From positions 41,678-105,677 of the forward strand of contig NMRA01000603.1 of the NCBI GenBank assembly GCA_002633005.1: DNA of 64,000 nt, written 5' to 3'. The notes beneath the pieces are model-generated. The model did no database searches. It was given only the letters and a program-made list of their open reading frames with translations, and had not been told where the DNA came from. A program made the translations under genes and the position numbers. Positions 52,960 through 64,000 of the stretch are shown piece after piece (position 1 is the first letter of the stretch; every line of letters starts with the position of its first letter). The stretch is from Phoronis australis (taxonomy: Eukaryota; Animalia; Phoronida).

Positions 52960-54840
52960 GGTGAATACATTGTCAATTTTCATAATTTAAGCAAATTAAG
53001 ACGGCCATTATGCAAAATTCTATTTTTGCTTATAACTTCCTTACCAAGGACTGTAGCCAGATAGTTTGATGTTTTTACCCATGTTTCCATGGTCAACGAA
53101 TTTAATAGTGAAATTTTTTGGGTGGATAGATCGTCAATTTGCATAATTTATGCAAATTAAGGCCGCCATTATTCTTGTGCTTATAGCTACTGTACCAGGC
53201 ACCACATATGAACAATTATGATATTTTCACCTATATTTCTTTGGTCAACTAGTTTAATGAATCGCTTTGCATGTTGTTGCATGATAAATTTGCCTAATTA
53301 ATGCAAATTTGCAGAACTAATGCAAATTAAAGGCGCCATTATTCAAATTTCTACTTGTGCTTATAGCTGCGGTACTAAGTACCAAGCACCACCTATGTTC
53401 CTGTGGTCAATTAGGTTAATGAAATCAGTTTGCAAGTTACATGATAAATTAGCATAACTTATGCAAATAAAGGAAGCCATTATCAAAAATTTTGTCTCTG
53501 CTAGTAACTTTCTTACAGGGGACACTACATGTAAGTTATTTTGGTATTTTTAGTTATAAATTTGATGTAATCTGTCACTACATCATAAATATAAATAATC
53601 TGTAATTTATTACACAACATTACAAATTCTAGTTTTGTCTGATACTTAGGATATATGCAGTAGTAGATGACCAAATTGTTTCATGGCATAAACCCGGGAC
53701 AATAACCTATCGAATGGAGACCAGTCACAAGACGTTTCAAATGCTAATTCAACACTCGGAACGTGAGCACACTGCAGTATATCGTGCCCAAACTATTGTG
53801 CGGGGAAGAAAATTGACGCTACAATTGTATCTACATGAATTTCGTGGAATCTGACCTTTACAGACACACCTAAATCATCACTAGTATGCAATAGGAGGGA
53901 GTTGGACACCGGACGGAATTATAGTTGGTGAGAGTGATTGGTTTATGGCATCTTTCTTCCATCCATAGTCTTCTGGATCTAGTGCTGGTTACATTCCACC
54001 ATATGACTGATTGGTAATGGGCTCTGTTTACGTATACATTCTCTTTGAAGGCTTTTGTTGTTGGTGGCAATTTGGGAGCGGACATTTATTTCTTGCCATT
54101 TCTATTACCCATACCAGTAGTCTGGTTGCCGACGTCTTCTTGATTCTTCTCATTCCACAACAGGAACACATACATTTAGTAGCCTGTTTTATGACACCAG
54201 AAAAATGTGCATTAAAAGTGATGATGGAAGACAGGTTATGTCCAGCCTTCACTATTTTAACGATGGATACATTTCCAACTCCATAATAGCATGCCACCGT
54301 GTTACACCCTTACAGTGCATGGGCAGGGAGGAGACCTTCACAATATCGGTACATGATTTCACTGTTAACTTTTAGTTTACGACTGTTCTACGCTTACTGG
54401 GTGATTTCATGGTTGTGATATTTGAAGCTGTTCCTTGTCCTAGTAATGCACACGAAGGACAAATACATTTTTGTTATCCGAAACAACCTAAAATACACAA
54501 TTCACGTCCTGTTGGACAATAATGGAGATAGCTTCTTCATGGGATGCCTCTATCTCCAATGTCCTTGTACTGTATAAAGGGACAAGGATCTTCATCAGTG
54601 ATTGGTAAGTGCGCCTTAAGCAACAAATAATTTTGAATAATGGTGCCCTTAATTTGCATTAATTATGCAAATTTATCATGCAATAACATGCAAACTGATG
54701 TCATTAAACTAATTGACCCTAGAAACATAGGTGCAAATATTATAATTCACCTGTGATAATTGGTACCATAGCTATTAGAACAAGTAAAATTTTGAATGAT
54801 GGCGGCCTTAATTTGCATAAATTATGCATTAAATTAGCAT
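52960..54840 (-). mobile_element. Academ-like DNA transposon remnant with long, internally repetitive inverted arms
   Basis: Core 53760-54600 gives SHEEA.SIIVQQ, HAL.GC.TVACYYGVG, KLPPTTKAFKENV..RAHYQSVIW (XPG/PIN-like nuclease region of Academ proteins). Arm 54637-54830 is the reverse complement of the repeated tgcataatttatgcaaattaaggccgccatt units at 52980-53480. Confidence 0.65.
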
Positions 54841-55123
54841 TTGGCTCCCGCACTACTAGTCCTCTGTTTGAGCTTAGAATTTCGCTTAATCTCAATACCA
54901 GGTTTACGTGAAATTGGAATTAAATATTTTAATCAGGTAAAAATTGTTGTTAAATGTAAATTTCGTTCGTATTCGCGGCGTCTTAACCAGAACTTCTGTG
55001 AAAGAATCGGAGGGATATTTCACTTGTAAGTTGTACCAGTACGGTATTTAAAATCGGAAGATGTCAGATTTTATACAAAACTGGGGTCTTTTGCCATTAA
55101 TCTTCATTGTTAAATTAGATCGT

Positions 55124-56700
55124 TGAAATCCCAAGGCGAAAACACGTCGATGCGTTACTACCCCGCGATCGTCGATATGGGAATTTGAATAAAAATACAG
55201 TTTCCACTCTACAAATTACTTGAAATTCTCACTTAAGTTTTCCAAATAGAGTCCCTAATTCTTAAGTACTTCAGTGTGGAGTCGGAATTAACAGCAGGTT
55301 AACCCGGGTGAGAATTTTACACCTTTGACATGCTCTGAGAACGTGGCGTACATGTATTACAACAGAGTGTCAAACGTGTAAAACGTGACATGTCAAACAC
55401 ATATGTAAAGCGTAGCGTGTCAAACGTGGCGAAAAGAGGCAAAACTTGTAATTTTCGGCGGTTTTGACACGCTAGTGTGTCAAACGGGGCATTTTTGCCA
55501 TGCTAGCCTGTAATCTGAATCCTTGCCATGGTAGCGACCCCACATTTAGCCTGCCCTTACAAAAATGAACTTACATGTAGGTTTTAATCATAAAACTTAA
55601 GTTTTTGGTCTGAGAAACTTAAATTTTCAGTCACACAAACTTGATTGTAATAACACCAGTAGAACTTGGCAATGATTATGAAACTTTTGAGTCTAAATAC
55701 GACAAACTACTGGCCCAGGGACATTTTAGTATTCGCAGCAGCCCTGTAAAAATTCTAAATCATGTACTTTTCAGATCCTCTGTCACAACAGACAGATTTT
55801 CTTTATTTGTACTGCATAACTTGGTTCAACTAGATCGGAGTTATGCAAGTTTTACTGTACGTAACAATACCTAAATGCTGTGGTGAGAGCTCACTTGAGT
55901 ACCTTGAGACCCATTCCGGGGGTACTCCAGTTAGGTAGTTGTGGGATGTCCTTTCGTATTCAATAATCTAGATCCTCCCGACAAGCCTGAGCAATAGATC
56001 AAATAAGGCAGCCAAAACTAAATGACGAAAAAGTTATCCATATCAATACAATAGTTACATTAGTTATTTCTAATTTTGAGAACTAGGTATGTGAAACTTG
56101 CAAATGGTTGACATGTAATGAAATGAGATCTACCAAGAATGTGTTAATTTTTATCGCGGATTTAGAGAGGCAGCCATTTTTAGAAGTGCGACACTTTTTG
56201 GTAAAATTGATAACTAACCGTTAATCAAGAGTGAAGCTGTCTAGATACAGAGCATTTCGGGCCTGGTTTGACATTACTTTTAGGGCCTAATTAAGTCCTT
56301 ATCAGCTGAACCAATCTAATTGAAACTTCACGGTGCATCAGCCAGTGACGCCTGCTATGCATAGCTAATGATGACCTTTGCTCGAAGCAGGGAACTACTT
56401 TCAAACTGAAGCCAGCATATCAAATTACACCAGTATTTTGACAATTTAACATTTCCACTTAAGCCGCAGTCTCTATCAAAATCCGTTGTAAAATTACGAT
56501 CATTTTTCAGAAAATTGTGCTGAAATCCCAGGGCGATATCGCCGACAAATGCGTAGCTGCCGGTCTCGCAATCGTGGATAGGGCTTGAATTCTTGAATAA
56601 GAATACAGCTTCGACTCAACAAATTACCTGAAATCCTCCTCAAGTTTTCCAAATAACGTCTCTTGGATTTTTAAGTTCTAATTGTGGAGTCTGTATTAAC
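55124..56700. repeat. Diverged ~170-bp direct repeat pair (55124-55292, 56521-56700)
   Basis: tgaaatccca.ggcga...aatacag.tt..actc.acaaattac.tgaaat...aagttttccaaata...tgtggagtc...attaac is present in both. Confidence 0.65.
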
Positions 56701-57199
56701 TGCAGATTATGTCCAAATCTGCGCGAGATTGTATCTCGCAACACGAGATAAATCTCTGGAGGAACACACATGTTATTGTCACGTGATGTTTGTTTTGAAG
56801 TTTGTGTGTGTGTGTGAGAGTAAGCGTGCGTGTGATTGTCATCAGAGTTCATTTGCCAGATTAAATGCGATGTAATGATCTAGGTGTGCATTCTATCCAA
56901 AGAAATTCACTCAAACAGTCAAACAGAGCGTGTTTTAATATTTAGCTTAGCACTTGCTGGCCTCATCTGCTAAAAAAACGTTCGAGAATTTTTTCGGTAA
57001 GACCGACATGTCACTCAGTGAGTCGCCGGGTGAGTGGATGCGTGACCGTAGTGTAACAGCTATTTTCCAGAAGATTCATGGTGTAAGGGTTCAAATGTGT
57101 TTACTGTCAGTGGGTCATTTTGACTTTAAAGACACCAATTATGATTAGTTAAATAATTTGTCTTAAAAATAATTCAAAAGATTTTTTACGGTATTAGAA

Positions 57200-57919
57200 A
57201 CTTTCGGAAATTAGTGCCAATATTTAGTTCTTGCCGATGCTATGTTACCCTTTTCATGAATAGATAGTTCCCGACTAAATGTCTTCGATGACAGCCGGTA
57301 CATTATGCAGCGCGCGCTTCTTGGCCGCGTGCCAACACTGGTCGAGTTTTTTACTAGTCTTCGATTCACGGTTTTCAAGTGTACAAAGAAGTTTGGATTC
57401 CTGTTGAGGCCGGAGAAGATCTGTACCGGAAAGAAACAACGCAATCCCACTGACAAGTGCGCTGCGTCTGTTTTCAAAGCCCAGACCTGCGTATAGTGAG
57501 GAACATCCCTCGCAAAAGCAGAAAACTTTTGCGTTCTTTTTGTATCGCGGCATAAGCTTGAATTGTATACGGACATAACGGTGAGGCTCGTAGTCTACAA
57601 ATCTAGGACTGTCGGATCTTTCAATTGATAAATTGGAGACGTTAGTACTGTAAGTAAAACATTTTTCGCATGTAGTTCATGGGCTGGGTGCTTACTTTAG
57701 CGAAGTCTGGAAACGCGTTGGGGCAGTTATTGGGGCATGGGCGCTTATTAGGGCAAATAGCGGCTGAATAACATACAGCAGCGTAGTTTAACGCACACGA
57801 GTCACACGTCGTGCAAACGAATCGGCCATTCCATATACCCTAATCAATCCCAATAGCCTTTGCGCACCCTAATTTCCGGACATGCGCAATCGTTAAATCG
57901 ACTCGGTTGCAATTCCGCT
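57200..57919 (-). mobile_element. Second, one-ended copy of the ISL2EU-like element of 9246-10636 (opposite orientation)
   Basis: 57568-57919 is the reverse complement of 9246-9600, ending gttgcaattccgct|at. It continues inward into sequence that is gap in the first copy. Confidence 0.8.
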
Positions 57920-60230
57920 ATTGTCCAATTCTATTAAAACTTAATTTTAACTACCGCAATTTTCCAATTTTTAAACTATTGCTTACAAGTTACAGTTTCT
58001 GGGAAACACGAACACTTTGTTTAAGTTTGAGATTGCAAGTGGCAATAACTTTGGATAGATTAAAAATCTATGAACTTGCCTACAAAGTCGTTTGAAGCTC
58101 TGATCTAAACACAACAATTTTCGATTGATATAAAGCCCGTCAACAGAGGCTCATTCATACTGTTGTGACACTTGTAACAACAAGCGCGACTAAGCGCACG
58201 TATTGCCAGTTGTTTCCATTAGTCTAGTGGTATGATTAATCAGTGATACAACACTTGAAAACATTTTAACAATTTAGCCCTGAAAAAGTAGTATGTTCTT
58301 TAAAAGTACTTTCAATACCTCCGCCATAAAAACGTTTGGATTTCGCTACAATGTTATTTAAAAATACTCGTTCCGCATGCCGCTTTATAAAAGACAGTGT
58401 GATAATGCTGGTCATTGGTAATTTGTCCGAGGTGCCTTTGTTCGCACTCCCATGGAAAAACTTTTTGGGTGACCCCCATTTTTTACAGATTTATAATAGG
58501 CAAAGACCATAATACAAAATCCAAGACTTATAATAAGATATATCTAGCTAAAGGTAAATACTTGCTATACATGTAAATGCTAATTTTCGTGGGATACATG
58601 TATGTCAAAACAAGGTCTAAAGAATGTATGGCATAAAAACCTTTTTTTAATTTGGAACACTATTTCATGGATTCCATAAGATTTATCAAGCAAAGAAAAA
58701 ACGCCTGTGAATTTTGAAAACAAACTCTAAACAAACTAAGCAAACACTAATTTGGCAACTTTTACAGCGAATGTACTTATCACTGTATCATAACCCCCAA
58801 TTTCTCAATCTACAGGCTAAATCAAATGAAACGAGCCCCAGAACTTGTGGCAAACGCATGGCATTCCAAATTCTTCATAGACAATTGTCAGTGTGCATTA
58901 TCATACCACATCACTTGCAACAGTGTTACCTACTTGTACCGTCCGCTAACTACCTAAGCCAGTATAAACGGTTTAGTTACTTCGCTGTTTACTTCGACGC
59001 TCCGCTCAAATTCGAGTTAAGTCAGAATGAAAAGGCCTCAAAACTTATAAACTATACTAAACAATAATCGTATTTACTTTCGTATTTATTATCTCTAAAC
59101 CAGTCTTCTGGTCTTGGTTCATGTTTTATTCTCCTTTCTGATTAAACCTCAGATTGTTATTCTCACAGACACACCCTGGTCCTTTCAAGCATAGGCACTC
59201 CCGTGTGCATTGCATTAAAAGTGTTGTAATTATGTTGTTTACAGAGAATCTTCACTCAACCTTTAGTTCACGGACAAAGGAAATCCAAAGTCTTATAAGC
59301 CTTGAAACTCAGACAACCAACAGCTGAAACTAATGAATGTTGATTAATTTTGAAATGGATTTATGGATAGTAAGATCCAGCAAAGAACTTGAAAGCGATC
59401 CAATTCTGTGGGCCAATGACGTGAGCAGGGCCAAATATTCTATGTTTAGTGTAGATGACCAGTGATATCGCCCATGGAAAGCAGACGATAACATGGATCA
59501 TTTTAAGTGAACATGCACTTGGATCAATTGACCTACATGGCCTCAAATCCATGACACAAAACTCGGAGAAGCTACGGTACCATCATGCAAAGACGACACA
59601 AATTCAATGTGCCAGTTAGCCCAAGTAAAGCACCTCCAGAGCGACAATGAAAATTATTATGCGCCAATGACCTTAAAATTAACATGCGTCAAATACCCAA
59701 CCACGAAAACTCTTGTTGCGAAAGAATTTCAATCAAATACAACAATAAAAAATAACACCACATCAAGTCCAAGGTTGAAATCATTGCTAACAATTAAGGT
59801 TAAGATTTTATGAAATTTGCCAGGGATATATTCTACCAGAAACTTATCCCCAATAATGCAATTCGGTCAACAACCTTAGGCAACACAGTTTACTTAAAAT
59901 TTTCCTGGTGGAACCAACAGCGAATTCTTACCCTGAAATACCACATCCACCAACCCGATTTTCCTACTTTCCGTGAATCCCACCATAGATACTCGTTATT
60001 TGTAATATATGGTTCTACGAAGACTTGAACGTATGAAAGATAAATTTTGTAAGCCCGAGTTAAACAGTTAATAGCGCAGTCGTAGGCAACGCCATGCACA
60101 CACTAAGGACTTCCAAATATGGAAATCTAGGGACTAGCGGACCTGCCACCCTGGATCGGCACTCAAGAAGAGGGGGAGGGGTCAAGACAAGAGTCTACGG
60201 TGTTGTAGCTTTTTAGAAAAAAGAGACTCA

Positions 60231-60545
60231 CCTCGGTTGTAGTTCTACTCGTTGATGGTTTTGAATGGAACTGCCGGTGACCGAACTTCGTCACCGCTTA
60301 CCAATCGATCGAACTCAGCCGACTAACCAACAAAAGACACGCACGACCCTCCCGTCACTTTGTCAAGAATCGGATTTAATGAACATTAACTCGCTGCGTA
60401 GGAGAGTGGTGGCGATGTTGCAAACGATATTAACCAGGTGGCGCTAGTAAAACTTCCTGGAAGATGCACGCGCGACGCGAAAAGGCCACGCTTGTTTTCC
60501 CCACTGCACCACCGAAAGAGCTGGGGTACGTGCGCGCGCCAGGAG
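60231..60545 (-). promoter_or_regulatory. CpG-rich candidate promoter / non-coding first exon
   Basis: Local CpG enrichment; strong minus-strand donor ccgag|gtgagt at ~60230; CTCF-like ccaggtggcgcta at ~60434. Confidence 0.3.
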
Positions 60546-63500
60546 GTCAAGTAGGTGATCTCTGCTCGTGTCAGTCAGAGTAGGTGACCTCTAACCATGT
60601 AATCTATGTTTACTTCCGCAAGTTGAGCTGTTCGTTTCATATTATTAGATCGTTTTGCAACCTAACTCAGGTGCGTTATCTGACGTATTTTTCTGAAAAT
60701 GTCAACATCACACAAAATTTTATTATGTACATTAGACCTAATATTTTGATTACACTTTCATTCTTTTATTTATGTATTTGTACCGATATATTTAGGCCTA
60801 TATAGTACCATATACGTACATGTACAATGGGGTAGTCTGTCCCGTCATGAGTAGCTGCTTTCCATGGACATACAGACTTAGAAAAATGAAAGACAACACT
60901 TAAACGATCAATGATGAATATGAAACTGACATGGAAAGACTGATGAAACAAAATGAATAATAAACAAACTATAAATAGACGATACTAAAAGTATGAGACA
61001 ACATGAATAAATAATTCTTAATAAATGATTAAAAGTAGTTAATAGAAGTACATGACATCATATATATCATCATGTACATAGATAAAAATAGGTTGGTCTG
61101 AGGATATTTAAGGCACATTTGGCAAAGAACACTTCTGATTAAATTGACTTCTGATAATTATGGTTTTAAAACTTACTAAGGGTGATGCAGATTTGGAATG
61201 GGAGAGGAAAGTTCTCCATAAATAAGCCCCGCTGTAATAAATGATTTTTTACTAGTTTCATTTCTGGTTTTTGAGCAAGTTGAAATTGGATGGCTGTGAG
61301 GCCATATATACATGTATGTGTTATTTCTTATAGCGATTAGCAGTCATCCTAAACTTACTGTAAGTATGTTGATAAGTCTGACATTTATACATACAACACG
61401 CTGACAGGAATTTATGTCACGTGTATTATCATTATTCTCATCTCCATATGGAGGTTTTCAATTAATATCTCTCACACCAGCTCCCAGAATAATGCGAGCA
61501 GCCATATTTTGAATAGCCTGGACAGTTTTCGATATCCTTCTAAGATGCAGCGCCCCACACCGGCAGGCAGTAATCCAGGTGGACTTGAATGATGACTGTT
61601 TTGAAAAGGGTTTTCAGTGTCAAAATAGTACACCCACATAATTTGAATACATTACATCAGGAGCAGTTTTAAACGATGCGTTACTCAGTTGCTTGATGAA
61701 CTTCGAGATTTACGTCCCGATCATGCGAAAAAGCGCACTGTCCCGATGTTAGAATAATCGCCAATGCCGCTTAAGTCGACGTGTCCGAAATTTCAGAAAT
61801 AGTGGTGAATACCAAATTCGAACGTTTCCCAAATTTCAGAATCAACAAAATTTTTTGTTGTCGGATTTAGGTGTCCGAAATGTGGAGACTGCCCTAAGTT
61901 CGGGGACTTTTACAGTATAATTATTTTTGCATATGTATCGAAACCGTGTTTTAGGTTCGTCAGGTTAGATTGTTTTGATGACAACTGTGATCAGTACCCA
62001 AGTGGTGCGTTTTGAGTCACAGAATATGAATCCAGTGTCGTTTTCTACGAGTTTATTTATAGGAAACCAATTACGTGAATAAGAATTCATAGAAATAGAA
62101 ACATGATAATGAAAAAAAATGTTGTCTAGGCCATCCACTATCCGAGTCTGAGTTAAGGAAAATAATGTTCGTATTATTACTTCTCAACTCCATATTGGTG
62201 AAAACCTCATTTTTAATCATTTAAGGGGAGACAGGGCAGTGTATTATCAGAATCTGCAAATGTTAATGGAATTCAATGAAAATCAGCAGGGAAGTTGTTT
62301 TTGATATGGCAATCACAAAAAATCATTTCGAGAAAAAAATAGTCGGTTGCCATGGCAAAGCCAAAAATTACGTAACATTGGCACATCCACGAGAAACGTC
62401 ATAACGTTAAACGTTCACATATTTCTGATCTGTTTTCTCTGAAATATAATAAAGGTAAGGATCTACAAAACTACAGAAGGAAATTCAAAATTTCGTAACA
62501 GTAATTTTTATGCGGTCTTGAAAATTGGAAAAAAATAATCGGGAATAAAGAATTTTTCAGAAATCATAATGTTTTTTCAGTCAAGATTTTGAAAAAATGC
62601 TATTTTATCGTCTGCAACTCAGGCGCACAATCCTCCGGTTACTATACTGTACAATATCAAATTGTTGTCAATTAACTATTTTCAGGAGATGTTACAAGTT
62701 CAATGAAAACTTGCCCTTATTTTTATTCGTGTTATCTCTTTTCACTAATAATTTAAAACTGTTTCTTTTATTAGAGAAAACTTGCAGCCTAACCCGCAAG
62801 TACATACATATAGGACGTGATCCGCCACGTGAACAGTCTGAGTGAAGTATTTAGAAAATCTGCGGAAAAAAAAACGAAAAAAATTAGGAATTCGAAGCGT
62901 ACAATGTATGGGATAAATACAAAACGTACCTCGATTGGCGTACATGAACTAATATCCCACTCGACATTATTCGGTCTCTGTCCATACGCGGAAATAATGG
63001 CTCGTGTGATATAGCTTCATGTACATGTACGCCACTCTCGTTACGTTTTGTGTATTTATATGCCTATTTCAAAAGCAAATATATACAAGTGAGAAGTTAA
63101 AAGTCTGGTGTTATGTTTTATGAAGTGACTTAAGATTTGACAAAGGAATTCCGAAAAATAATTGAAACTCACCTGAGTAAAATTCTATGAGAAAATACAA
63201 GTCATTGTTAGTTGATGAAAAACTTTTTGTAAATTGGTTTTCGATTGTGGTGCGCTCATATTATTTGACTAAAACTTTATACAGCAGTCGTGAAATGGGA
63301 GTGTAAAACCGTCGAGTTTCTGCCTTGCATGAAACGGACCCAGGAACCATGTGCATGTGTCAACAGAAATAATTTGTGGAATGGGACTATTGTGGCATGC
63401 CACACTACTGGTTACATGTCATTGACTTCTGCCTCTCATTGACGACTGATTACTTTAAGATGTTGATGTTGCTGCTTGAGAAGCCAATAACTGGAAATCT

Positions 63501-63564
63501 GGTCGAAATGGCCAATAGCAGGTTCAATTGTTATGCTAAGTTCTATGTCATTGAAGGTTACCTG

Positions 63565-63714
63565 CCTCCCGTTCAGTAACGCTAGGACCTTGCTAAAAAG
63601 CAAGACTTCGCGAAATTACATGAGATATTGCCGTGTATTTTAAATGAGAACATGTGACCATGACTAGATTTTAGCTACGTCCTAGCTTAGGTCCTAGCGT
63701 CCACTCAACGCACG
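63565..63714. mobile_element. MITE family C, copy 3
   Basis: Homologous to 1250-1399; flanked by CCTG on both sides. Confidence 0.75.
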
Positions 63715-64000
63715 CCTGATTGGGAAGTGTAATCTAATGAAATAATCACTGTCATTACCAAAATACATAGAGTGTATCTAAAATTTACACGATTCTATTC
63801 TCTAGACAAATTACTGGTGGGGAATCCCGGGGGGAATTACGATTCAAAAAGCCTGTTGAAAAACTGACCAGAGAAAAGTTCGCATACAAGTTACACCGTG
63901 GTTTATGCAATACAAAACCAGTTAGGGACGTGATAAATACGCAGCAAGATTCAAAAGTAATTTCACGCAATACCTGATACCTGATAGATGTCCGTCAAAT

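Overview
AT-rich, repeat-dense animal genomic DNA, probably from a marine invertebrate (inferred from composition and repeat families; the organism cannot be identified). There are two assembly gaps (9604-10270, 46193-47047). One intact host gene can be reconstructed by hand: a minus-strand, 3-coding-exon major facilitator superfamily transporter of the MFSD4/NaGLT1-like type (52588-52460, 51048-50766, 49557-48518; 1452 nt, 483 aa). Its first coding exon is missed by the ORF track. A paralogous copy of that first exon, with conserved splice sites, lies at 12476-12348; I found no matching exon 2 or 3 in the window. Almost everything else is nested, decayed mobile DNA: THAP-bearing DNA transposons (ISL2EU-like with AT TSD, Kolobok-like with TTAA TSD), Academ-like relics, a Helentron/HINE-like tandem, solo LTRs, LINE, Penelope and DIRS/Ngaro fragments, several MITE families, and a long hairpin element. 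I found no convincing new biological system; the findings are structural oddities that can be checked.
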